From contig OZ316892.1 of NCBI GenBank assembly GCA_973895155.1, forward strand, positions 944,917-1,008,916: DNA of 64,000 nt, read 5' to 3'. The translations under genes were made by a program, and so were the position numbers. The stretch comes from Marsupella aquatica (lineage: Eukaryota > Plantae > Marchantiophyta). This document shows positions 51,465-63,800 of the stretch, one piece after another; position 1 is the stretch's first letter; each line of letters starts with the position of its first letter. The notes below the pieces were generated by a model, which was not told where the DNA came from, made no database searches, and was given only the letters and a program-made list of their open reading frames with translations.

Positions 51465-51981
51465 CCATAATTATTTACATCTAGGCCTGCTCAAACAAAG
51501 AACAAGCAAAAGCCACAATGATCATAGTTGCCAGTTGACTATGTTGCATAACACGATCCTAGTACTCATATCTACAATCTAAAATTTTCTTCCACAATCA
51601 ATCATTGCCATTAACACTTTTCTAGTAGCTAGAAGAGATGGTGTAGATATTCAGCAGCTGAGGTTACTTGATATTTTGTTACATAGCTACAGTAGATAAC
51701 CAGCATGTTTCAAATTGTTTTTTCAAGGCAAAAAAAAATATGCTGGTTATCTACTGTAGCTATGTAACAAAGTATCAAGTAACCTCAGCTGCTGAATATC
51801 TACACCATCTCTTCTAGCTACTAGAAAAGTGTTAATGGCAATGATCGATTGTGGAAGAAAATTTTAGATTGTAGATATGAGTACTAGGATCGTGTTATGC
51901 AACATAGTCAACTGGCAACTATGATCATTGTGGCTTTTGCTTGTTCTTTGTTTGAGCAGGCCTAGATGTAAATAATTATGG
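51465..51981. repeat. Near-perfect long inverted repeat (242-bp arms, 33-bp spacer)
   Basis: 51465-51706 is the reverse complement of 51740-51981; I found two mismatches by eye. Confidence 0.95.
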
Positions 51982-52227
51982 ATGGACCAGTAAGTAGTTG
52001 ATGTGATTCTGTAGATTTGATGTAGTAAGTGATTGATACGATTCTACAATTTGATGGAGGATACATAGTTGATGAAGAGGTTGATGAAAATAATATTAAA
52101 ATTGAATGTGTACTTTGCTATTAAAGGCAAAAACATTTTCTGAGATTTTACTTTTGTACATTAAGTTGTACATGAAGATGTAGGGAGACTGATTAGCTAG
52201 AGGCATGCAATCTTACTAATAATTGGC

Positions 52228-52650
52228 GAACTAAAGCTACTTTAAAGGCCTACTGTCTAGAGTGACTCTATACCTATCTAGAGTCACCCCAAATAAGGAC
52301 AAAACTGAGAATGAGGGTGGACAAGACATGGAGCAAAGATTAACAAAAGTGACATTGACTCTTAATAAAGACAAAATTGAAATGAGTATGAAAAAAAATC
52401 AGGGATGAGGCAAAGTTGAAAGGGAAATAGCATAGAATCATTTTTGTTACTAGATTTTTTTGTTGGTGTGTTCATATCTATTTATGTTCAAGGAACAGGT
52501 GAGGGCTAATAAAGCCTGACGCAAAGTTACTTTCTAGGACTACTGTCTAGAATGAAGCCTTTAGCCCATAACTTTTAATAAGGGACAAAAGTGACAGTGA
52601 CTAATTAAGGACAAAATTGAAAATGAGGAGTAACAAAAATGAGGGGAAAC
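52228..52650. repeat. Dispersed degenerate repeat; two partial units here and a related copy on the opposite strand at ~11780-11906
   Basis: Shared blocks aaaggccta..gtctagagtga, gacaaaactga.aatgagg and acaaaagtgac. Confidence 0.5.
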
Positions 52651-53693
52651 AAATTTTATACAGAATGGGGCAAATGAAAAGTAAATAGCAGAGGATGTTT
52701 TTTACGGACCCCACTAGAGGTCCCTTCCAAAATTCCTGGCACCACAGCATGCCACGTCAACAACAACCGCAACAAACAAGACTCGTCGGTTTTGTGAATC
52801 AAACTTATAGTTTTCATTCGTGTTTGTGTCAATTTGGGTGTAAATTTTGGGATGCCATGCCGTAAAAAGAAAAGTAAAAACATTGGAAATGCAAAGAGCA
52901 GGACGGTTAAAACTGTCACTATGTAACCGTTTTAGTTACATTTCCAATTTTAAAACTTAAATTCAAAGATTTATAAAAAGTATTTTTCATATAATAAATA
53001 ATATATGACTAATAACTAACTTGATAACTTCCTTGTTAAACCGCAACTCCCGGTATGTAAGGACCTCTCGTATTGTAAGGCCATTAATGTTGGGAAGAGC
53101 ACATAGAAACCCATGATCGGGGTCGGAGGAGGAATGGCTGGAATCTTGAAAGTTCATCGAATTTTATACTCAAAACTATTTACTCATTCTCAAAACAAAA
53201 AATACCCAGTTGTAGATCTCATTGAGATATTTCTTTTGCACCCTAGATCGCCTTCTAACATGGATGAATAAGATTCTAGAGGCATTACAAAATGGATGGC
53301 AAAGATCGTAAAATCAACAAAATCGACAGCTAGGAAGGCTTGGATTTGTTTAATTTTTCATTTGAAAAATATTAACCCATTTGCAAAACGGACAGAACCC
53401 ATCCATAGATCTATTTGAGATCTTTCTTTCTTATCTCTGGACGAGATTTCCAGAGATAAGAAATGGAGACGGCTCAGATTGACTCTTCCCCCTGATTTTA
53501 TTAGCCAAGGGGTCCACGAACTAATTTTGTAAATTCTTCTTATCTTTGTCTCTATTAAGAAATAACATAGGATGTTTTATTGCAAATTCTTTTTATCTTT
53601 GTCTCTATTAATGTTTTGTCTCTATTAAAGTTCAAGGAGAGGGTAGTTGGGCTAGTCAAATAAATGACGGGATAGCCAAGAGAGGCATAACTT

Positions 53694-53809
53694 TGTGGTA
53701 GCTCATTGGAGTAGAGACTGATAGGTCTTGGGTTCAATTATTGTGGGTGACTCTTCCCTTTATGTGGGGTTTCACACATTTTCCCTTAAAAAAAAAATTA
53801 GAAAAAAAA
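53694..53809 (+). mobile_element. Putative short tRNA-derived SINE-like element with an A-rich tail
   Basis: A-box-like TAGCTCATTGG (53699-53709), B-box-like GGTTCAATT (53731-53739) and an A-rich tail at 53788-53809. No clear TSD. Confidence 0.45.
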
Positions 53810-53874
53810 TGTCAGGACAAGTGGACCTTTTTTACATTTTGAAACCACAAAATAAATACACTAAGAAAAGGAGG

Positions 53875-54300
53875 ATGCAGTGTGGCCATGGTGAGTACAT
53901 GTGAGAGGGAGACAGACAGACAGACAGGTTAGCAGTTGGTGGCTTGACCTTGGATGACCCCTTCTCCTTGGTTCACCTCAATAATCTGCTTCCTTTTGCA
54001 GGTCCCTCGTACGTATACGAGAACCTGCTCTGGGCACCTGAATTGGGTGAAGGGGACATCTTCACAAATATTATTGAGCGGGATGGACAGGGAGTGGTGA
54101 GAGAATTCGACGAATTCGTCGTCCTCTGTCTGTGCTAGGGACGACCCACCATCGCACCCAGCAGCGAGAATTATGTGTAAGCGTGTTCCTTGCAAAAGTA
54201 CTATAGGTATATTATCTACCAATTGAAGACTTAGACTGAGACGAAACTTTACATCAAGATGCAAGTGAACACATGCTGATCAGAACACCCGAGAATGAAG
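53875..54300 (+). pseudogene. Spliced-looking decayed coding fragment of unknown family
   Basis: Donor CATG|gtgagt (53891) and acceptor ttttgcag| (54001). The downstream frame GPSYVYENLLWAPELGEGDIFTNIIERDG... is interrupted by TAG/TAA/TAG/TGA. Confidence 0.35.
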
Positions 54301-54453
54301 CCTCCTCGAATTCTCCCAGGGATGAACTCAATTCTCCCCCCATCCAAAGGAGAGGCCTTATTAAATTAGTGTGCGTCTAAACTTCTTTGCTGTCTGAAAG
54401 ATTATGACAGTAAGATGCACGAGATCTATTTTAATGGTTCTAAAACTGGCATC

Positions 54454-54560
54454 TCGATATCTCGCGACGGTGCTATAGAAATCTGGCCACAAGTAAAATC
54501 AGTTTGACAGAAATCAGTACTTTGCATCATTATAGGGAAACTTACAATGCAACCTCGGAA
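54454..54560. repeat. Direct repeat, copy 1, on the 3' side of the TPD1-like gene
   Basis: tcgatatctcgcgacggtgcta...agaaatctggcca.aagtaaaatcagtttgacagaaatcagtactttgcatcattatagggaaacttacaatgcaacctcggaa also occurs at 55833-55961. Confidence 0.9.
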
Positions 54561-54910
54561 GATATCACAAGGGAGAAACGACACGTTATTGTTAATGACT
54601 GCAAATGTCACAAGAAACCATAATATTATCGTGTGCACTACTTCATCAATCGAAGAATTCTACCTGCAGAATGTTAGGGCTTCGCAGTTGTGGGCGCCAA
54701 AAACCAAATTGAGCTCAGTGATCTGCTACGATTTTACAGGAACCAGTTTCTAACACTGCTGAAACTGATGGCTAGGGGATGCTGATCTCTACGCCCTATA
54801 TATTGTATTGAATTGGCTCACAGGCACTCGTAATACCGAACAGCTTTAATTAGAAGCTCAAGATCCAGTCACACACGCTGTCGGCTCTCCGTGAACGTAT
54901 TCATGCTAGC

Positions 54911-55543
54911 TCACTTGCAACAACAGGGCTGTCCAGCGTGCACAAACATCGGGTAAGGGCGGGTACTGCTGTACTCAAAGTACACCAAATTCAGTGGGGC
55001 CAGCGGAGAACCATTGTTGACAATGCAATTATTGTAGCCCAATTTTCTGAAGATGGCCGGATTCACCAGAGTTGCCGATGTCCAGTCCCCGCAAGCAATG
55101 ATAATGTTCTCTATTGAGCATGTCAGGCAATTGTTGATAATTTCAACGTGGAAGACAGGCGTACCATCAGGCAAATGAGAGAAACTGTGTTGGTTGACTA
55201 CCAACTGGGAAAGGTCGCAACTCAGGCGAATATTTAGATCTTGGGAATTCTGATCTTCAGAAAACATCCGGCATGCGGGCTGAAATGGCCGGCATGACTT
55301 CTGAATAGTGTTTGCTCCAAGATGTAATGTCGCACTGGTCGATACAGAATTGTCCGTAAATCCCTTCTCTCCGACTGACATGGAAGATCCAGATATATCA
55401 GAACCGTCGGTAGCTGTAACTCTGTTCATGATAGGCCAAATACTGATGCATATCAGCATCACGATCTTCCAGGAGATTTCCAAGCTGCATCCTGAAGTGA
55501 TCATTGTAAGTTCACGTATCTGCCGATGGTCGAGCGAAAACAT
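54911..55543 (-). CDS. TPD1: TAPETUM DETERMINANT 1-like secreted cysteine-rich protein, intronless (start at ATG 55543, 55504 or slightly downstream)
   Basis: The TPD1 domain reads CDLSQLVVNQ...LPDGTPVFHVEIINNC..CSIENIIIACGDWTSATLVNPAIFRKLGYNNCIVNNGSPL...FEYSSTRPYPM. A hydrophobic signal-like stretch WKIVMLICISIWPIMNRVTA lies upstream. Confidence 0.85.
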   Translation of the reverse strand: MFSLDHRQIRELTMITSGCSLEISWKIVMLICISIWPIMNRVTATDGSDISGSSMSVGEKGFTDNSVSTSATLHLGANTIQKSCRPFQPACRMFSEDQNSQDLNIRLSCDLSQLVVNQHSFSHLPDGTPVFHVEIINNCLTCSIENIIIACGDWTSATLVNPAIFRKLGYNNCIVNNGSPLAPLNLVYFEYSSTRPYPMFVHAGQPCCCK

Positions 55544-55832
55544 TATGTCAGCTCGCTGTATAGATTTGCTTAAATCAAAACCAAATTAAGGTAATTCTGC
55601 GGTGTTTTGCGGCCGAGTTATCTTGTGCGGAAAACGGAATATGACATCAGCACCACCACTCATATTATTACACACGTACCTTGGAGCACGAATTTTAAAG
55701 GATGATTTACGCCATCTGAATTAGGACGCTTACGCGATAACTATTTCGATTACTGTCGAAATAAGGTGTTCATGAGCAAATACATCGGGTGGAGCTTACA
55801 TTTTTGATGAGCTCAACTGGAAAACTCTGGAA

Positions 55833-55961
55833 TCGATATCTCGCGACGGTGCTATTTAGAAATCTGGCCATAAGTAAAATCAGTTTGACAGAAATGAAAT
55901 CAGTTTGACAGAAATCAGTACTTTGCATCATTATAGGGAAACTTACAATGCAACCTCGGAA
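55833..55961. repeat. Direct repeat, copy 2, on the 5' side of the TPD1-like gene
   Basis: Matches 54454-54560 and carries an additional internal duplication of aaatcagtttgacagaaat. Confidence 0.9.
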
Positions 55962-58343
55962 ACAACGGATATCCAGAGGCTAACGTTCAACCAACGTAAG
56001 AAAGCAGTGAGAGAAAGGGAGTGTCAAATTTCGAAAGAATATCGGACCTGCTGCGCTTCCGCAATTTGCACCTCTTCAAAATCCACAGCTTCAACACTTT
56101 CTCAAATCGCACGACTTAATGACGGTAATATAGTGAGAAGGACAAAAGATGCGATGAAAAGCAGATGAACGTTCCACTCGAGGAGGTCAGATTCACAGAG
56201 GATCGAAGAGCGCAGAGTTAGCAACACCGTAAACTTCGAATCAGAATTTGCTGTACTCTTTATCAAATTACGCAACTCGAAACTCCCGATCACGGACAAA
56301 TCTGAAGGTAGAAAATCTGAAAAACATTCGTCTTAGAACTGTAGGGGAAAACATGGGTGCACGTCAGACGAGCCAAAAAACTACGAAGCACAATACAACT
56401 GCAGCAGAAGATCCATCGTCAAGAAATAGTCGAACTAAGCAGATGTCTATTCATGGAGGTCACGCACTAGTCATGCTGATATCAGAGACCGGCTCTAAAA
56501 TTGGTATTTTATGAAGGAGGAGCATGACATGTTCATATATAGTACAATCAGTACCAGCGATGCCATTTTCTGTTCCGCTCAAGATGCCACTATGAAACGT
56601 TTAACTATTGCTTGTATTTTAAATGAAGAAAAGTAAGCTAATTAAGAAGGGCATTGTACTCCCAATTTGAAACACAGTGATCGATCGAAAGATTATTCTT
56701 GTAAGGGGAGAGAGGCGAAAGGGATCCTACGGGGATGCATTGCTCGTCTTTTGAACATCATAATATATCAAAGAGTACGTATTAACGAGTACTTTAGAGA
56801 ATCGAACATAAATATATACAAAAGAAGAAATTAGGAAAGATACAATGGAAACTCCACTTCACTCCAGTCGTAGTCGGGCTTCAATTTGCATGTCTCAGGA
56901 AATCAGAAAACAATCGGTGGGAATCCAAATCCGACCAGCACGATCTGGTTCTCTAGATGCGACACCTAAAGTCATAAGATGTGACTGAGTGCACCTTAGG
57001 TCACGATCACGAGAAAACCTCATATATAACCAACTACTTATCCACCAGTGCGAGCCCAAAAATATTTAATGTGGGATTTCAAGAGATGACCAACTCAAGT
57101 CCAAAAAATTGTGTTGTAAATTTAAAAACTTGGAAAACAAGGTACTGCAGCTAAGACTGAAGGTAGACAACAGGGAGATCAATTTTTTTATTCTAAAAAC
57201 ATGCTAGTCTCTGACGAAATTATATACAAGAAGGGATGCTGAAGGTCTCTTGTCACATGACAGGGCCATTGTTAATTCATAACAGATTTGAATGGCGTGG
57301 AATTCAGATGTCATTATCAAGCTCTAATCTAGATAAGACATCCAACAGTATTCTGGAGAATCATTGTTACACTGGTCGGCATTTGCTTGCATGTCTAGTC
57401 TTTGGCCAACTACTTCCAGACGCCATCATTCACCTCATGCACGGCCGGTACCCAACAATGTGAGATCATTCTGCTGTTATATATATAGATTTCGGTACAA
57501 AGATAGTTCTTGTACTTCCTGTTTCGACGAACTGACTGGAGGGATTAGCTAAGGGGAAAGATTAATAGATCGTAGCAAGATTTTCACGAACAGACTCTGG
57601 TCACGCGGGCCAACGCGCATACATAAGGGACTCAAGGTGATACAATTGAGATTCCACTAGCCTATGGATGGCATCGGGCAGTTTCTGCGCTTATCGCATG
57701 GGATATCTCTGAACTGCGGCGGAAATGGAGCTAGGGTCCGACAGGTTCCGGTTCAGATCTTTCAAAAACAGAAGCTTTGGAAATGGATCGACATCAATTC
57801 CCAATCCCTTCAGACATTCCACAGCAATTTGCTTTGCATCGATCAGTTAGAGGAGAAGCAATATTCTCAAACAAATGGTTGTTAACAAAATAGAATCTAC
57901 GAGTTACTGGAAAAAGAAATTAAATAAGTAACATGAACGAGGAGAAGATGTACGTTTCAGGTTTTTCACTGTGCTCATCTTGCACTTGATGTAAACCATA
58001 AAGTTTTTTCCTAAGAGGAGATCGAATAATATGTACTTAGTTTTTGTCGCTAGCTGCGTGGTCTTAACGGAAAAAATGATCCACGGTGAAATAGGGCATT
58101 TAAGTTGATATAAAGTGACTCCTCGAGGGATTCCTTATATATGTAAAGAATCAAATGGATTATTGGAGCAGTCATAGCTCGCTTAGAAGAATACAGTCCG
58201 GGGCTGATAGGAGTCTCCCTTAAAGCACTCCCGGACCTGGTAAAATGGGTATTACTCGAGGTATTACTATCTGCTCCCTAATCGAAATCGATAACCGAGG
58301 AATCTACTCTTTAAAGGGATCGTATATATATCTCCTTTAAACT

Positions 58344-60837
58344 CTAATCGATGGTCTTCCATAACAGTGTTCTCCCTTCTAGTGTCATCAAATTACACTC
58401 CAGCAGAGATCTCTTAGTCTTATGGTTGACTCGTTGGAACGAATGTTTTGATGTCCACATAGCCAGGAACTCTGGTGGCGAATGTACAACCAGATATTGT
58501 ACTCCAATACCTTTCAGCATCTGTAACATGAAACAAGAGATGAATTATAATGTTGTGAAAGAAAATAGCATTGATATGTCGATATGGTGATTCCATGATT
58601 TTTGAAGTTTAACCTCCATGAACAAGAACAAATAAAAATAGGGCCTAAATATGATTACGCAAATAAAATAATCCGCTAGGTAACCAAATCAAGCCATGCG
58701 CAAACTGAGGGAGAACCAAATAAGACGTAGAGGGGCATTCTTCAAACACATTTTCCCGTACATTGTCTAATCGGGAATATCAGACCTTTTGCAAGCCATT
58801 CATAAGTTTGGTACAGCAGCCATTTCCCCGATCAGGCTTTGAGGTTGTGATGAAGGGCATCTCTGCCACCTTTTTGCCATGAATCCTGTCCAGAGAATGA
58901 GATATTAATTAAGTTTAGAAAGATGCACAACTCGGAAAAGCATTGATTGTATGAAGCAAGGACCCCATTAACTTAATTGATTGATAGTAAACTGCTATAG
59001 GGTCTTTAAAACCAGGAACGAGCTATGATTTACCTAATGATAGCAATTGATATTACTCTTGAGATTACTCGACGATCATCGGCACGTTCCTCAAGTAAGA
59101 AGGTGTAGAATCCAATGTGGTTCAAAACCTCCCCCGTGGATCCGGAAGCACCCTTTGGATCTGAATATAACATACTGTGAAATAGGCTTGCCTGGTTCCT
59201 GCTCTTATTCCCTTCCATAAAACTTTTCTCCAAAAGTTTGAATGTGGCAAACAATCTGGTAGCTTCAGCTGCTTTTCTTGTTTCTAAGGTGTACAAAGTT
59301 GAGGCATCACCATAAAAAAAAACACTATCATCTTGGTCACCACTCAACCGGAGTACAGTTATTGGATGCGGATCATTTGGAGGGAGAGTTAGCTCAATGA
59401 TTTTTTTCAGGATCTCAAATGTCTGGAAAAACAATATAAATTAAGTAAGCCGTCAAGCCGAATGCAAATCTTGTCTGCGTCATCATAAATCTCTGCATGC
59501 TCCCTAATTGAAATTGACTGAATCTTCAAAGATTTATACTAAAGTTACCTTTTCACAGTCCTTGGAGCAGAACCATTTAAAATCAACACTGTAACGGAAA
59601 TCTCCTCTGTCCAACACGCAACCCATATGATCTAAACATTTCCAGACTTGGCATGTTAGAATGCGTGACTGTGTAAAGGAGACAAAGTCATCACTGATGG
59701 TGATCGATATGACTTAGCTACTACTAGGAATTTCTGATAGGTTTTCATCAACTTGCTGCAATCCCTGGACAGGAGCAATCGGCTCTAATCAGTAAGGACA
59801 CTGGTTATCAAGCAATAAATATTTTCATGTTCTCAATTTTGAAAAGAATTTACTTAACACTGCCAAGCTGCTTTCATTGCCACAACCTAACGGAGACCCA
59901 AGTTCATTAGTTGATCTAATTCTAAAAATTTGAATGTATCTTTCATTTTCTGCACATAACTCGTGCACGACTTTAGACCAGAAAAATAAAATCAATTGCC
60001 TTCGATGTAGGGTATTGCAGCAAGACGATTTTGAGTGTGAGTAGAATAAACAACAATCATGCTCGACGTATGAAGGACCGTACAATAATTATGAGTAAGA
60101 CGTACATACATTCGTCTCCACACTGCTCACAGAGGACCACATGCGACTCCGCTACATCACTTGTTCGAAGAGGTCCCTTACATAAACGACAGGTACATTT
60201 CGGGCAGTACCACTTAGATGAAGGAATCTGGCAGACATGTGTGAAATATTTAGCGTCACATGAGGATCACGTCAAGCGTTTCACTTATTTCATAGCTAGC
60301 TAGATGCATTTTAACGGGTTAGTGAGTCTTTCAGAACAGTGAAGAAATGGTACACCATGATACCTGGAATGGTAAGCATTGGGTATGAAAGGCTGCAGGA
60401 CAGTTTGGTGTTCTGCAGAAAGTGAGCTCTCCTTCTCTCGAACAAAAATTGCATGTGTGTCCCTTGCTTTCATCAGTGGAACAAAAGGTCAAAGCAGTCG
60501 AGCTTTGGTCTCTGGAACTATGCCGAGAAACTTTTAGTTCTTCTTTCAGCACCGCCAAAGACTTTCCAGATCCATTCAGTAAAAATATAAACCTGCTTCC
60601 CTTTTTAAGCTTGGAACCAGCATGCAATTCAAAATCGCTTAATGAGAATACCTCCTTGTGGCATAAGCATTGTATTCCTCCTTCTCTGGGGTATCCAACC
60701 CTTTTGATCTCGTCTTTGATAATATAGGCAAGTAACGAACCTTTCCATAGCTTTCCACCCCCTAAGAGGAGAGGGATCATAGTCGTCGAAGTCATCTTTG
60801 CGGAACCTTGCACTTTTTGTGTTGTCTTCATGACCAT
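58344..60837 (-). CDS. Compact IDM1/ROS4-like protein (Tify-domain-binding domain, PHD fingers, GNAT acetyltransferase-like), about 446 aa
   Basis: Exons 60837-60364, 60227-60110, 59631-59549, 59422-59034, 58885-58786, 58520-58344 (1341 nt, frame-consistent). Motifs: GIQCLCHKEVFSLSDFELHAG, CNFCSREGELTFC..NCPAAFHTQC..IPSSKWYCPKCTCRLC, CEQCGDEYHMGC..WFCSKDC, GFYTFLLE, IRIHGKKVAEMPFITT....RGNGCC. Confidence 0.85.
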
Positions 60838-63800
60838 TCTTGTTCTGCTTCCAGGTTCGCCCCCCGCCCCCCCGCACCCCTTTTTCTTCCTCAGTTCGCT
60901 TTACTCCTCGTTGCAACTGAGTTGATGCAATATATATCACTTATGATTGTCTAGTCCACCTGTTCAAAGGAAGGTATATAATATAAGACTAAATTAACTA
61001 ATGCATGTTTGTAGCCACGCTCGTTTTACAAAAGTAGCAGAAATGATTTGATCGAAGTCACGTGAGCTAAGGTAGTCTTTATCACTCAAACCACTTTTGT
61101 ATTAGAGAGTTTAGTCGGTTGCAGGCTTGCAGCACACTATTAAGGGGCAAACTTGAAACGGATCTGAGTGGAAGCAAACAGAAATATTATATAATATATC
61201 CTGGCCTGCAGATATATGTACTAGCATGAGCACATAGTCACTTAGTACATCTGGTCAAATCGACAAGTTAGTCAGGGCATCTCGCCCATAGAACAGGTCG
61301 TGTGAGTAGACATTGCTGCCGGGCACCTTACATCGCTATCATACACAAATATTCCATGCAAGACATATATACAGTCATGCCCTGGTTTCACACCAATAAG
61401 TACCATTAATAAGTTGAACGAATTCCATCATTCTGTTAGCCCCGTGGGAATCAGAAATACTCACTAGAGAGCAAACAATCTGCTCCAGATGAATGACAAT
61501 GCCGGGGACATACAATGCTCCATCCAACAACTTTATGCTACTTATAGCCCACAAATATCTTCGAGGCTCAACTTGAGGAGATGAGCCACAACAAACACTA
61601 AGCCTAGCTTATATGCTTTCTAAGCCATACTTTCTAAGTCATACCACACACTGGCCTCCTCTCACAGGCAAATTGCGGGGCGAGGCAGAGTGCCCATTCT
61701 CACCAGCTAATGAGGATAAAGATAGAGTGACCAGTCACTATTTTTAACCGGTGACGATGGAGTGGCACAGAAGGGAGAACCTACTTAGCCAGGTCATCCA
61801 AGCCCTATCAGGTCACTCTGACCTGTTACCCTCGGGGATCTCACTATGTGGAGCCTCATATCCAGTAGGCCTTATGGAGCCTCTCATCCAAAATTTTGAA
61901 TTTGAATTTTTTTATATCTACTAATTGGGAAAATCTTCGTTTAGAAGTGATCGAGACCCACCAGCGACCTTACGTGCATGCTAACGTACGTGGCATCTGA
62001 TGATTGTAATCTAGCAAGCTACCTAACATGTATAATAATCTAGCAAGCTACCTAACATAATGCGGTCTCAATTAGATTTTCTGATTAATTGATTAGTTTA
62101 ATGATCCTAATAATTTGTGTAACGGTAGTGCAAGAGTAGTTCTTGGTCAGTTGGTCCAGAATTGCACCACCTTATATTCTAGAAAAACGCTCTCCCACGA
62201 TAGAGTTTCACATATCACTCCTTGATGAGCGGATTAAAGACTATGTAAATTGACTATGTCACTACGTGATTGATTGTCCAGGAATCATCAAACCTCTCCT
62301 TAGCATCCCTTTAGGAGCTCAATCTTGAACCTTAATTAGCGCTCGACAAAAGGCCAGAACACATTGTCCTGAGCTGAGAGCACTCGTTGTCCTTCGATCA
62401 AATTGAATCTCTATTGCACTGGATATTGGAGACCTAGCTCACCTAAGTGATATGTGACTTCCTTGTCCATGTTTTCTCTGTTGCTTCCTCGGTCCCGTCA
62501 TTTAATTCTAGACAATCGATACGGAAGTCTCAAATGTGCTCTGCTCGAACACAATGTTAACCTCACGAATCGCCAAGAATGTAGGCAACATGTTCAGCAG
62601 TCACTTTACAGTTCCACAATCGATCACTTCAAGGCCTAGCCTCTCTCCGGCCAATCAATTTGACATGGATTAATACTTAACTTCTGTGGACCTCAATCGT
62701 TTCACGTCCATATTCATTGAGGGTAGGTGCGTACTCAATGGAAACTGACACGGAGTTTGCCAACGGAATTTCCTTACAAGCGGTACGGCCCTGCCAGATA
62801 GACTTTCCCAATAACACAGTTGTGACCTCTTACGAAAGTTGTTCCACGGAAGACATTGCCGGATTTGAGAGCTCTTCAGGTTAGGGTTTACTGAAACGCG
62901 TGTACTCGATAAAAAATGCCACGGGTTCCTAAGTTAATCCTTAAATACTGTCGAGCTCCTCAAAATGGAGTAACTTCAAAATGGAGTAAATGGAGTTCGC
63001 ATGTGAATTTCACAAAATAAAACCTAGGTAAAATCAAGAAAATCCAGGCCCTGACATTTTAGGGTTAAGGGTTTAATTTGAATGAGAGGGATGGATCAGT
63101 GTGAGATCACCATTCAGTAGAATTACAATTATATATGTGAGCTGCCGAAGCTAGCTAGGAAGAGATGCTTTGTGAAGCTAGTCCTAAACTAGCTCTGCAC
63201 CAATGAGGACCTGTTCGTAGAGCTGTTTAAGTAAAATTGAAATAGGTCCACCATAATGTAACTGGACGGAGAAAGATGACAGGAAATATATCACAGGTAG
63301 TCCGACAACGTCAATTGTACGCGGTGTTCTTGTTCTACCAAATTAAGAGGAATTGGATTGAAGCCTTCGCTGGTCAGTAACACTTCAGTCACATGCATGC
63401 CAGGCAGCTATTAGTCAGTTACTCCACTGTCAGTGATTAGCGCGCTTGCCTGACTATTGAAGTACATACGTTACTTGTCTGAGAAGCCATGGCAATCCAA
63501 CTAGCCAACCCATCCTTTCGCCAGTCCAAAACTCAGTACATAAGAATCTGGTGGTAGATTATCGCCCTAAAGCTGAAGGTGTTGGTGACTGAATGAGTAA
63601 CGATCGATGAGCAACACACAGCCCCGCCGGCGCCTACAAATGTTGCATTGCTAGCTGTCTCGTTCATACTGGAGTCAATCGCCTCGTTTCCCCGTTCGTT
63701 TCTTGATCCGACTGGAGGTAGCTCGGATCAGAGTAGTGGTCCATCGTCTCACAAAGTGTGCTGGATCGATTTGTGTGAATTGCTTGTCGCAGATAGGGTT

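Noticed and set aside
54454-55961. LTR retroelement (TRIM) carrying TPD1
   Set aside because: The repeats lack TG...CA ends, and no PBS, PPT or 5-bp TSD is evident.
59632-59671. Upstream acceptor (59668) for IDM1-like exon 3
   Set aside because: It introduces an in-frame TAG; the acceptor at 59631 restores the conserved YH..C PHD motif.
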